DNA of 58,235 nt, the filler included, from Sluysia triapertura (taxonomy: Eukaryota): the NCBI GenBank assembly GCA_046118255.1. It is 4 parts of 4 records of this genome, joined end to end, with 100 filler letters (N's around TTAATTAATTAA, not from the genome) between each part and the next. Parts side by side here need not be neighbours in the genome. Positions count along the whole stretch, not along the records: positions 43,857 to 58,235 come from JBJNIA010261841.1; 3 more parts are not named here. The stretch is one strand, 5' to 3'. Shown here in pieces: positions 47,531-58,235 of this stretch. Each line of letters begins with the position of its first letter. The first letter of the stretch is position 1. The notes under the pieces were generated by a model. That model searched no databases. It was not told the origin of the DNA and saw nothing but the letters and a program-made list of their open reading frames with translations. Made by a program: the position numbers and the translations under genes.

Positions 47531-47755
47531 ACGATTAAGGTATAGGACTAAACAGTACATATATAGTAAAGTTACGAGTGATCGCTGTCGACGGTTATTT
47601 CCTGTCCAGCCGGTCACCTAACTTCGTAAACAACTGTTTATTGCTTTTCGCAGTTTATAGTACTGTACATACTTAAGTTCATAATTATATCATTTTTACT
47701 AATTAATTAATCAGCTAACTCTAAAATATTATATTTATTTTTCCTTTTTTAGAAT

Positions 47756-48210
47756 ATGCATTTCCATCGTTGTCCAATTTGTCAACACTCTATCCACAAA
47801 CATTTCATAAATACAAATCCTTGCTCACATAAATTCCACTTTAAATGTATTCTTAACTTCTTTCATTTCACTACTACAGATTAAATGAACTGCCAATTAT
47901 GCAGAACACCTGTAGAGGAAATTCATAATTATTATAAAGGCAAATATCAACTCATACGCTTTAGAAAAAATACCACATTATCTACATAATCAACATATTG
48001 AGGTACAAGAGGTGATAATTCATCGCCCAAATCAACTCAAGAAAAATAATAAACAGCATTTAATAACAATACCTCTTCCAAACTATCCTTCTGGTTTGAC
48101 AAAGTCCCAGAAGCATAACAGACGCGTCGTCAAATACGTCTTTATAAGAGAGCAGGATTATATAAGAAAAACAATGTGATTAATCCTTTCATCAAGAAGA
48201 ATCGTAATTA
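47756..48210 (+). pseudogene. RING-H2 finger gene remnant inside the TIR element
   Basis: After a strong acceptor (TTTTTCCTTTTTTAG, 47752): MHFHRCPICQHSIHKHFINTNPCSHKFHFKCILNFFHFTTTD*MNCQLCRTP, i.e. CxxC..CxHxxHxxC..CxxC. In-frame TAA at 47882 and later frameshifts. Confidence 0.8.
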
Positions 48211-48346
48211 AGGATATTTTTTTTAAAATATATAGGATAAAGTAATTAATTAAATAATGTATCATAAATAAAAAAAATAAACTATCGTTTAAATTATTTT
48301 ATGTATCAATTTTTTTTACTTCTTTAAAGTGTACTATTTTGTTTAG

Positions 48347-49716
48347 ACTGATCCAATTACTCACCCTCAAGCAAAAATCATAACGAATATCTCATCTTTT
48401 TACAATGCAATCGACCGATACTGTGGTCAAAATGACACCTACTACGTTTTTTAATTATAAAAACACCCCTAATTCTTTGAAATGTGAATTAAATGAAGAG
48501 TTTATCACACATTTTTAAAATAGATAAGTTAGAGGCTCCAACGGTATTAAACAATTTACAAGGCTACTCATTAGGTGATAAACCTGTCTTAATAGCAGCT
48601 GAAACCTTAAAATCACACGATTTGTTGATTTTAATCCATTGCAGATTAGAGTTAATAGTTTTAACTCTATATATAACCAGCGTTTCAGAAAAATGTCGAA
48701 TTTATGTGGATTCCAACGAACTACCATCAACTTTCGCCAACATATTTGCAAAAGAAGAAGAGAAATTAAACACCACAAAATATCCTTTGTTATGCGAAAC
48801 TGACATGGAAAGCCGATATAAGTGGGAAGAACGTGTAACTTTTACACACACGCCCCACATTTCAATAGCAGAAAAAACTGACCTGGTGTTTGTCGCAGTC
48901 CAGTTTGCACTTGATTTTAAGGACAAACATCAAATCATAAAGGCTTGCATGATGCCTTAGCACCAAAAATTTCATTGCACGGAACTTATAAAACCTCGAG
49001 TCAGAATTAAAAACTTCCTACCAATCTCAAGGAAGAAAAAGACATAAGTGAAATAAGAACATTTTGGACAGCATCATTTCACAATAAAATTATTGTTTCT
49101 TTTTGCCCAGGTTTAATTATCAACACTTTCAAGATTCCATATGGTTGGGTGAAAGGTATTGTCAACTTAACCTGAACCAACTTAGTATCATTTAATTCCT
49201 TAAATATGATTAGCAAAACAAGAAAAATTTTACAACTACTATATTCGCCACCTCCACGCTCTTTTACATGTGAACAATTGACACGAGATTCTATCTCAAT
49301 CTTTGACCTACTATCTGCAAAAGATGTGTCATTTTTTTCCATCAGTAATACAAAATAAAAATTTGGATATATTACCTTTTTCTCCCTCTTCTTCAAATAC
49401 TATCTCTAAAACATCACACCTACATATAAATTTGATACACCAATATTACATGACCACCTTAAAAAACAAAGACATTAAAAAATCTAAAATCAATTTGGAT
49501 GACATCAGAACAGATACGAAACAACAACAGCCCAAACTTCCAACAACCGATACAAGTAAAATCAATAGGAAGAGACGCTGTTCCGTCGATGATTCTGAAG
49601 AAGAATCCCTACAAGCAGATTTTAACCATATTTTCGGCGACCTCGGCAATTTATTATCAGATAATGAATTCTTCACATGCGAAGATGTACAGGACATAAT
49701 CGATCTAACATTTTGA
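48347..49716 (+). pseudogene. ~450-codon disrupted gene: unknown N-terminus, DEDDh-exonuclease-like fold, NLS, acidic tail with SIM
   Basis: Acceptor TTTTGTTTAG at 48346. ORF-track pieces 48493-48960 and 49303-49716 join through a few stops and frameshifts; the frame ends RKRR...EDVQDIIDLTF*. Confidence 0.6.
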
Positions 49717-51779
49717 TTGGAGACCAATCTTTTGATCCCCGGGAGTATTTGTGGTAATCATCTATTTTATCAATATATTTAATTTTGTGAATCATTGACT
49801 ATGACTATTTTAAAATCATTTTTCATTGACTATTTTTATCGATATATTTAATTTGATTAACAATGTATTTGTTAATGTATGATTTAATTTAAATTTTGTA
49901 TTTATAACATTTTAAAATTTTGATGGATATTTATTTTTCAATTTTTGTTAGATATTTATGAAATTTATAATTGGATAATTATGAAATGTAATTAATTAAC
50001 GGTAAGTCATATTTTAATATTATTATTTTTAATTTTAATTTTCTAAATTTTAAATTTAAATGTTTTAATTTTTCAATATTTTAAATTTTTAAAAAATTTT
50101 GTTTTAACCTTAATAAAAATTATGTCAAGTTTGACAGCTAGAAAACTATTTAAGATACCACAATCTTCATAAAACTACACAATAATGATAAAGTTTTAAG
50201 ATTCAATTTTGAAGATTTCAAAAGAAGATTTTGGTTCATACTTTCAAAAAACAAATACGATTTTTATCCTGTCAACGTTAGCTTATTTTTATTAAGGGTG
50301 ATATTATTTAATATCAAAGCAAAATTAAGGAAAATTTATTAAGTTAATATTAGACTATTGTAAAATCTTACTTAAATTTATATTTGATATTAAAAAATAC
50401 ATCTGTAATTTATGCAAAACTTATATTTTTATTGTTTGATTGTTGTATTTTTCTTTGTATAAATCTTTGTATAAATAAATATTCAAGAAAGACAAAAGTG
50501 TTGTGTTATAATATAAGAAATAAAATAATTTTTGATTAAAGAATTAAAGAATCCTTATTGTAGGATTCATGCAAAATCTTTTTTAAGATAAATAAGATAG
50601 ACTAAAAATTACCTCCAGAATTTCAGTTAAGGAGTCGATTAAAGCATTTTGAGACTTTTATTAAAGCATCTTTCTTTTACGTTAAAATCCAACGGTTGGC
50701 CCTCACTGGTAAGTCCAGTACGTTGGTGAACTCACAGCTTTAAATTAATTTTGTTTTTATTCTAACATTAATTTTATTCCCACATTACTATTACTATTAT
50801 TATTGTAAATACATAACAGAATAATACTCGAAAATAATATCAAATAAAATTTTTGAATAAATTGCTAAAATGAAACGTTTTATTATCGAATTTTTGAAAA
50901 ATAAAATTATTTTAATTTAATAAGAAGTCTAAATTTACAACGATTAAATTTACAACGGTTCAATATTATAATCGATTAGGTAAATAAAATCATTTTAATT
51001 TTACATTGTATAGGAATAATATGAAATCTAAATTTATAAACACTAAATCTTGATGATTATGATAATAAAATCATTTCCAATTGAGATTTAAATGAAAAAA
51101 TAAATTGCCGGTTTGATTCCCAAAGAATGTTTTAATGATATTTGTGCGAGAATGTTTTATTGTAAACCTTAAGAGTGATTTGATAGTGAAGAAGTATAAA
51201 ACGAGTATCGACCGTATTACCATGGTGAGGTCCAATGCTTATTCTGAGGCAATATATATATAATTATGAATAAAAATATAAATTAACTATTAATTCTATT
51301 TTTTGCTGAAATTATATTAGAAAGAGGTATTTATTTATTATTAAAAAAGGAATCCCCTATTGTTCTAAATAAATATCTCAAGGAATTCTCCTATTTATTT
51401 ATTTAAAATAATTTTTTGAGAATTCTCCGTTTGTTACAACTATTTTTGGGGAATTTCATTTTAAAATCATTTTAGAGGATCATTCTGAGAAAACAGAAAT
51501 TGAATTTTTTAATTGTGTATGTTGCGTCAGCCCTGGTTTTTGTTAATTTTGCGATTTAAATCATTTTTATTTAATTCATTTGTATTATTGTTAAAATAAA
51601 AACAATTTGTATTTGATTTTGCAATTATTAAATTATTGAGTTATTTTTATTAATTTAAATTGAAAAAGGTAACAGTTTGGTTTCAATAAATATCATCGTT
51701 AAAGTAAGAGAATTTGTGATAATTTGCATTTGATTTTATAATTATTAAATTTATTGAGATTCTCTTAAGTAGGCCTATT

Positions 51780-52440
51780 CTACTTTAAAACAGTCATTAT
51801 TAAACTTACAAATAAAACGAGGAAAAACACTAAAAGGTACTCTGAAGATATAAGTTTAGCTTTCATTTTTAAGGTAAAAGAAAGACATATTCCCTTTTGT
51901 TACTTGGTTAAATAAAAATACTTTTCATTTTTTTTTCATCATTCGATTTATCGGCATTTTGCAGTGTTTACATTTTCCACCAATGTTTACTTATCCGGTC
52001 ACAATATTACTAAAGTCTTTACCGTTATAGAAGCATTACAAATGAGGTACAAGCACTTTGTAAAGACATACATCACTCCTTTTATACATTGAAATAGTAC
52101 CTTTTGAAGTTTTCGGTATACTTGTGCACTGCGTGAAGTGAACTTAAGCTATTCGCTGCTAAACCTAAATTGTACCTAAATTGTATGAAGTTATTCGCTT
52201 TGCCATTTCTGTTTTGAGTGTTATTGTTTATCTAAGTTTTTTTACATGTATAAAAATCAAACACGAGTACACTCGATATCCTTTTCCTTATTTGCTCACG
52301 TTTAAGCAAAAAAAACAAATGAATCACACAAATAGATGAAAGAGTAAAAATACTAAAAAAAACGGATTACAATTTTCTGCAAATTTGCAAAAGCTCGTTA
52401 CTTACTGCTCACTTACTTACTTACTAGTTACTCACTTAGA
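51780..52440 (-). mobile_element. Possible hAT remnant with BED-finger fragment
   Basis: NIGGKCKHCKMPI on the minus strand (~51950-51990); clustered TTACT/GTTACT subterminal-type repeats at 52395-52438. Confidence 0.35.
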
Positions 52441-53439
52441 TTCTGTTTCGCCCCAGAGATAACGGAATTATGCAATATTGAACAACTTGACTCTGAGTTT
52501 ATCTTCAACATCTCTCATCAACAAGCAGTGTAGTTTTGTAGTATACTTTTTGTAGAAATAATTTATTTGCAGCTTTTGTTCAAGTATTTACATTGGCATA
52601 TTTAAATTTGTGGCCACGAAAAGTTTCCAAGCTCCACAAGGTTGTATCCTATAATACACTGAAAGTATAACGAGTATCTTCGTGGTTGGTAGCGAATAGG
52701 TTAGTAAAATATAATTACTATTCAACCAACAATTTTATTTTTCAAATATTTTAATCGAATTTTCAAAATTTTCATTTAATTATATAGACATCTATTTCAT
52801 AGTTGAAACATGCTACCAGAAATGTAACGAGTGTTGTGCCAAGCTCGTGTCTCAGAGAGGGCCAAGACCTCGATCAGGTGCCTCCTAATCACCACCATCA
52901 ATTGTCAAAAAGTACTATACATTGACTATGCATTTTGCACCTACCCCTCCTTTTGTTCCGCCACTGAATCTGACTACTGCCACACTAATTTCATCGTATT
53001 CTAGTCAACTGAAAATATCCAAACCACCTTGTCAAAACCCTCTCGCACAAGTAAAAAAATTACAAAATATAAAAATTCAATCCCACTCAATAATACCAAA
53101 AATGCGTTACCACCACTAACAATCACTCTAAGCACACATTTCGAAAAAAAGTATTTAATTTGATTTTCAAAATAACACAATTAATCACTAAATTGCAAAA
53201 AAGATTACGAATTGAGGCAGGCACGCTTACATAATACACACCACTTAGTAATTAATATAATGTATTTTCACTGACTTAATAAGACTTATTGTTCCATAAT
53301 ATAATAAATCCGTAAAAAGTAAACCAAGTACAAATATAAACACAATAATATATTTAATTATAAATATTAAGTACACCAACAACATAACTATATATCATGA
53401 TTATGAGTAGAAGGATTCATTTAAAGTAACAATAGTAGC

Positions 53440-53440
<1 letters not shown>

Positions 53441-53489
<49 letters not shown>
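53441..53489. repeat. (AAT)n microsatellite
   Basis: Directly visible; a further AAT/GAT tract lies at 53851-53900. Confidence 0.95.
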
Positions 53490-53491
<2 letters not shown>

Positions 53492-54709
53492 AAAATCCAA
53501 AATGAACTATTTTTATTTCCATTTGCTCAGTAAACACGTATGAAAAACAACACATTCACTTAAATAATAAATTAATAAATCAATCCCAAACACAATTATT
53601 TAAATTATTTATACTACTTACAAAGTTTAGTATTACGTTTACTTACAAATATAAATTAGAAATATTAACGGTAAAATTTTGCAAAATTTTTTTTGAAATT
53701 ATTGTTTAAAATTAAATTAAAATTAAAAGTATTAGTTCTTTTTTGTATACGTTTTTGCAAAATTAGAAATAAGTTATTTAAATATTTTGTCAAAACATTT
53801 AATAAGATATTAAATAAATTTTATAGCAAATAACAACATATCAGTATAGAATAATAATAATGATAATAATAATAATGATAATAATAATAATAATAATGAT
53901 ATTAAAGTCAGATTTTATACAAAAATATTTGCAGAATATAATGCAGAAATGACCAACAAACAAATATAATCCATAGCATGCAAAACATCTTGGAAGGATA
54001 TTATAATAGTTATAATTGGATAAAATAAATATTCAATTATCGTTGTTCTAATAATAATTACGAAAAACGTAAACACGCACGCACACATTTTCTAACATTG
54101 TCAAATTTTAATTTAATCTTTTTGTTTTAATTTGAATACAATTAAAAAAGAATGTAGGATGAACTTCAGAAAAACAATCGGGACAAAAATAAAAAAACTA
54201 AAATTATCAAAGATTTCAAAGGAGATTGATAATAAAATGTTAAAGCACGGTAATAAAACGAAAAGAAAATTCAAACATACAAACGAATACATATTTCAAT
54301 TATCAGTGTTATATCAAAACTGTATTAATTAATGAATACTGGATTAAATTGATATTTTTCAGTTAAAAACTAAGAACTTGCGATAAGTAATTTAAAAATA
54401 TAATTTCATGTTATTTGATAATGATTATTATTATTAATAAAAGTTGTTTTAATGAAACAATTCAACAAGTTTTTCTTCACTATCATTAATTAATCATCAT
54501 TTACATATGACCAATAATCTTTTTATTTTATACTTAATAACGTATCCAATAAATAAAATAAAAGTAAAAGCACACACGCAAATATTGTTGCCAATTAACT
54601 AGGAACTACGGGGCCATGAAAAAAGGAAAGAAACAAGTGATGATTCAGATAAATGGGGCTCGTCGTCAACTTTTTGTATGACTGTTCAATATCGTAAATA
54701 TTGTCAATA

Positions 54710-54865
54710 TTACATCGGTGCTGCAGCTCCGTCTAAAGTGGTATTCAAATTTGACGAAGAGGGTTGCTGATTCTGCGAAGTTAACTCAGAACCATGGTTT
54801 GTACTGCCATCATTTCCTGTTAAAAGACTGTATGGATTTGAAGCAACTGCTGCATTTGCGTTATC
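54710..54865 (-). CDS. Probable terminal coding exon of an unidentified gene
   Basis: Strong acceptor TTATTCTGTTTTCAG, locally higher GC, frame DNANAAVASNPYSLLTGNDGSTNHGSELTSQNQQPSSSNLNTTLDGAAAPM*. AATAAA on the minus strand near 54525. Phase is assumed. Confidence 0.5.
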   Translation of the reverse strand, partial: DNANAAVASNPYSLLTGNDGSTNHGSELTSQNQQPSSSNLNTTLDGAAAPM

Positions 54866-55932
54866 CTGAAAACAGAATAAATAAATATTTAAACAATTAA
54901 TTCAGACATTTTCTTCTACTATTTCCCTATCCCTCGTTATGAAACAAGTTAGAAAGGACCCGAAAGTTGGACTCAAGTTTTTAAATGTGGTTCAGATTGA
55001 AATTGTTCCTGCAGCTGTAACGGAATCAGAAGGAATAGATTCTGACATTCTCGATGAATAAAAAATAATTAATCTTTATCTTTATTGAAGGAAAATAACT
55101 TTGTAAAAAATGGGTATTCCCCGGGGAAATAAAAGAAGTTTTACAGTATTATTAGGGAGCTCAATAAAATCAGAATTTCGGCGTAGAACCTTTAACAGAA
55201 ACATAACATTCGAATTTTTAAATCCAAAGGGTCTTTGGTCGTAACTTAGGGTTCCCAAAAACAAAACAATAATATGCTTTATCTTTATTAAAATCAAGAT
55301 TATGTTTAGTTATTTATTTTAAATTTAAACATCTTTACTTAATATAACATTATTGATGTCTTCAAATTCTGCTAACGCATTCTTCTCTTGAATCCTTCGA
55401 ATTCAAAATATCTCTATTTAAGATAACATTATCAATCTTCAAAATATGCTCATGTATTTGCGAAATTACACAGAACCAATGTTATAAAATTTCCATTCTT
55501 AATTTTAGACATGAATTCACAATTAAAGCAAATTCTCTCTCTCACTCTCTCTGACTATATTAAATGATATTGAACTTCTGTATGTTGAATTTATTAAATG
55601 AACGATGATGACTCTATGAAAATAGACTGCTATGAAAGTTTATGATTGAAAATTTATAATGAAAATTCACTATATAAATTCACTACTATAAATAGTCTGA
55701 ACTTAACATTTAACATTTAAACACCAACAAGATTTGAGATCAAAAATTATTGACCAGATGAAAACTAAGTAGTGCAAATGTTTCAAAAGGAGTTTAAGCA
55801 AGCAGTTAAGAACTGTTATGATGTAACAAGAAAAGGTTCTATGTTATTATTCAATTATGAATGTGTGAAGAGAATTGTATTATCAAGCACTTGATCGGAA
55901 CCGTAACAACCTCAATTTAGACAATGTAATTG

Positions 55933-55998
55933 TTGTAAATTGGTATTGCTAAAATTGTAAATTGGTATTGCTAAAATTGTAAATTGGTATTGCTAAAA
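55933..55998. repeat. 22-bp tandem repeat x3 (TTGTAAATTGGTATTGCTAAAA) with degenerate copies downstream
   Basis: Directly visible. Confidence 0.9.
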
Positions 55999-56256
55999 TA
56001 TATTGCTTAATAAATTGTTATTGCTAAATTAATGTAAAATTGTAAATTATAAAGTGTTTTGCTAAATTAATATTTGTAAATTAAATATAATTAATTGTTA
56101 ATATTTGTAAATTGTTAAAGAAGGCAACGAAATATAATAAAATCGTATTTATTTGTATTTATCATTTTTTATTTGTGTTATTATTAAATTACATAAATTA
56201 ATATTTCACAAAAAGTACATTTAATAGTTTAATATACAAAAGTACAAATACAAAAG

Positions 56257-56558
56257 TTAGTTATTTTTAAAATATACTATGTTTATAAATTATTATTAGT
56301 TAGTTTAATACATATAATCATTTATTCTATGTACATAAATTATAATTTAGTTATTAAAATATACTATGTTTATAAATTATTATTAGTTAGTTTAATACAT
56401 ATAATCATTTATTCTATGTACATAAATTATNNNNNNNNNNNNNNNNNNNNNNNNNNNNNNNNNNNNNNNNNNNNNNNNNNNNNNNNNNNNNNNNNNNNNN
56501 NNNNNNNNNNNNNNNNNNNNNNNNNNNNNNAATTTAGTTATTAAAATATACTATGTTT
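56257..56558. repeat. 87-bp tandem repeat spanning a gap
   Basis: Unit AATTTAGTTATTAAAATATACTATG...GTACATAAATTAT occurs twice and restarts after the Ns. Confidence 0.85.
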
Positions 56559-56579
56559 ACAAAAAAAATCAGAAAATGT

Positions 56580-57930
56580 TATGATTATATCAGTTGGATG
56601 GTTGCAATTTTTAATCATTTGCTATAATAATGTCATATTTGATGTATATCAGTAGTTATTTAAAAGTAATTAATGATCATTTTCAGGTGAGGTAATACAA
56701 CTGATACTTTTTCACTTGACGAAATTTTAGACTATATAATGAATTATTAATAAGTTTCAATAAAACCGGAATAACTTTTGTGAAAATGGATCAATTTGGT
56801 TGGTACTTGTTTTTGATATTTCCGAGATAATCTTTACTAAATCATCTTCATAAATTTTCTTAAATTCAATTTTATTTAAATTCTTCTTTTTTTGGATTTC
56901 TAATTTAACATTTAATTTATTATTGCCACTTCATATATTTTCTATTTTCGATACAAAATATTTAAAAGGCATTTGACATAATTTTATCATTTTATAAATA
57001 ATTTTCATTCTTTTTATTAAATAATTTATTTAATAGTTTATAAATACCTTTAATATTTATTGAGATATTATTGGTCTTATTATAAAAGTCCACTATTTGT
57101 TTCTAATAGCTTGGAAGAAGGTATTACGAAATTTTATGCATTCTTTCTTTGTTTTTTTACTTTTTCATTACTTTTCTTTGCATTGTTTTATTTTTCGTAA
57201 CTAATTAATATCTAGATTTCTAATTAACACATGGTTTGCAACAAAATTTTTCATTTTCAGGTGGATGCTTGTCTAAATAAAATGATAGCATTCTGTTGTT
57301 TAATTCATTTAATGTATCTATATTGTTTCTAAAAGTTATTATTTCTTCAACTTTAGTCCATAAGTGTTTACTCAACTCTTCAATGTCAACTTTTGATAAA
57401 TTTCTATATTCGATCTTTTGTAATTTTATATTTTACTTTAATGATCAGATAAATTCTCACACTTATGAGTTTTAAAATTTACGCCGTTCATTAAATTGAA
57501 TATATTTAGTAATCCGACGAATGTTCTGCATTTTTCATTCATTTTTATATAAAAATCTCCTACTATGGAAACTTCTTTGGCTTTTTTCAAAATAATATCA
57601 AAATAATCATAAAATTCATCTGAAAATACTATGTATAACAATTAATAATATTGATTTATTTGATAATTTTAAATTTTTAAAATTTTAAATGGTCGAATGA
57701 TTGACATGTAACTGAATGGTATTGTAACACCATTTGACCCTATTCGACATTTATGAAAAAATCAATATCTATTTAAGTGAAATAATGAATTAAATATTTT
57801 ATCATTTTTGATCCAAGTTTCTATTAAACAGAAAGTGTCAGTGCGATTATGTTACATAATCTCAATAATTTCCATAATTTTATTTTGAATAGACCTAACC
57901 ATTTTGAATACCAAATTTAATATAATCTTT
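56580..57930 (-). mobile_element. Decayed L2/CR1 LINE ORF2 (APE endonuclease to start of RT)
   Basis: VRSIQNKIMEII..DTFCLIETWI (~57810-57900), IVGDFYIKMN..LLNIFNLMNGVNFKTHKCENLSD, and LLNNY..SN near 56650. Confidence 0.8.
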
Positions 57931-58235
57931 TTTTGCAGTTTGTTCACAATTTTTATATAACCTTAGTTTTTGATTTATAGTCATAATTTTTCTTAGTTTT
58001 TAAAATTTCCGTATGTATTGGACATTGGTGAATTAGGTACATGATTAAAATCATTATGACACAATTTATGCACTTGTAGAACTGCTCATTTTATTTATTT
58101 TGATAAATTTTCCCTCTATTGTTTTCGAACAATAAACAGATCGGACCATTTAATTTAATTGTTATATGGATTCAAAAATGAACATGGAAGAAAATATTAA
58201 TTGTATTGTTAAAAAGTGTAAATATCAATTAAATA

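Larger units (their letters stand above)
46115..50739. mobile_element. ~4.6-kb TIR element with TTAA target duplication (Kolobok-like ends) carrying decayed cargo genes
   Basis: Left end TTAA|ATAGTGAGTTCACCAACGTATTGGACTTAC..GGCCAACCGTTGGATTTT; right end (reverse complement) TTAA|AGCTGTGAGTTCACCAACGTACTGGACTTAC..GGCCAACCGTTGGATTTT. TTAA at 46111-46114 and 50740-50743. Confidence 0.75.

Noticed and set aside
48515-49727. Minus-strand ORFs overlapping the cargo gene
   Set aside because: Antisense shadows of the plus-strand coding block.
55933-56558. Direct repeats as a CRISPR array
   Set aside because: Head-to-tail units with no unique spacers, in a eukaryotic context.

Overview
Very AT-rich eukaryotic (probably protostome invertebrate) draft-assembly DNA. 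It consists of four pieces of about 14-15 kb joined by identical artificial 100-nt spacers (44 N + TTAATTAATTAA + 44 N). Host genes: an intronless DmsR/myosuppressin-receptor-like GPCR (5322-6653 +); the last two exons of DNAJC27/RBJ (13321-14338 +); three exons of an OXR1/NCOA7-type TLDc gene (30194-37038 -); a large Ser/Asn-rich exon (18905-19816 +) that looks like the exon preceding that TLDc domain; the last exon of glycerate kinase (41732-41977 +); and an unidentified terminal exon (54710-54865 -). Most other sequence is decayed transposons (Tc1, mariner, pogo-type, piggyBac, hAT, L2 LINEs, gypsy) and (AAT)n tracts. The most unusual item is a ~4.6-kb element (46115-50739) flanked by TTAA and bounded by terminal inverted repeats (TIRs), with Kolobok-like ends. 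I see no transposase in it. Instead it carries a decayed RING-H2 exon and a long exon with a DEDDh-exonuclease-like fold, an NLS and a terminal SUMO-interacting motif, preceded by three AAAGGTCA repeats and a GC-rich hairpin. All family assignments are by eye from remembered motifs; no database searches were run.
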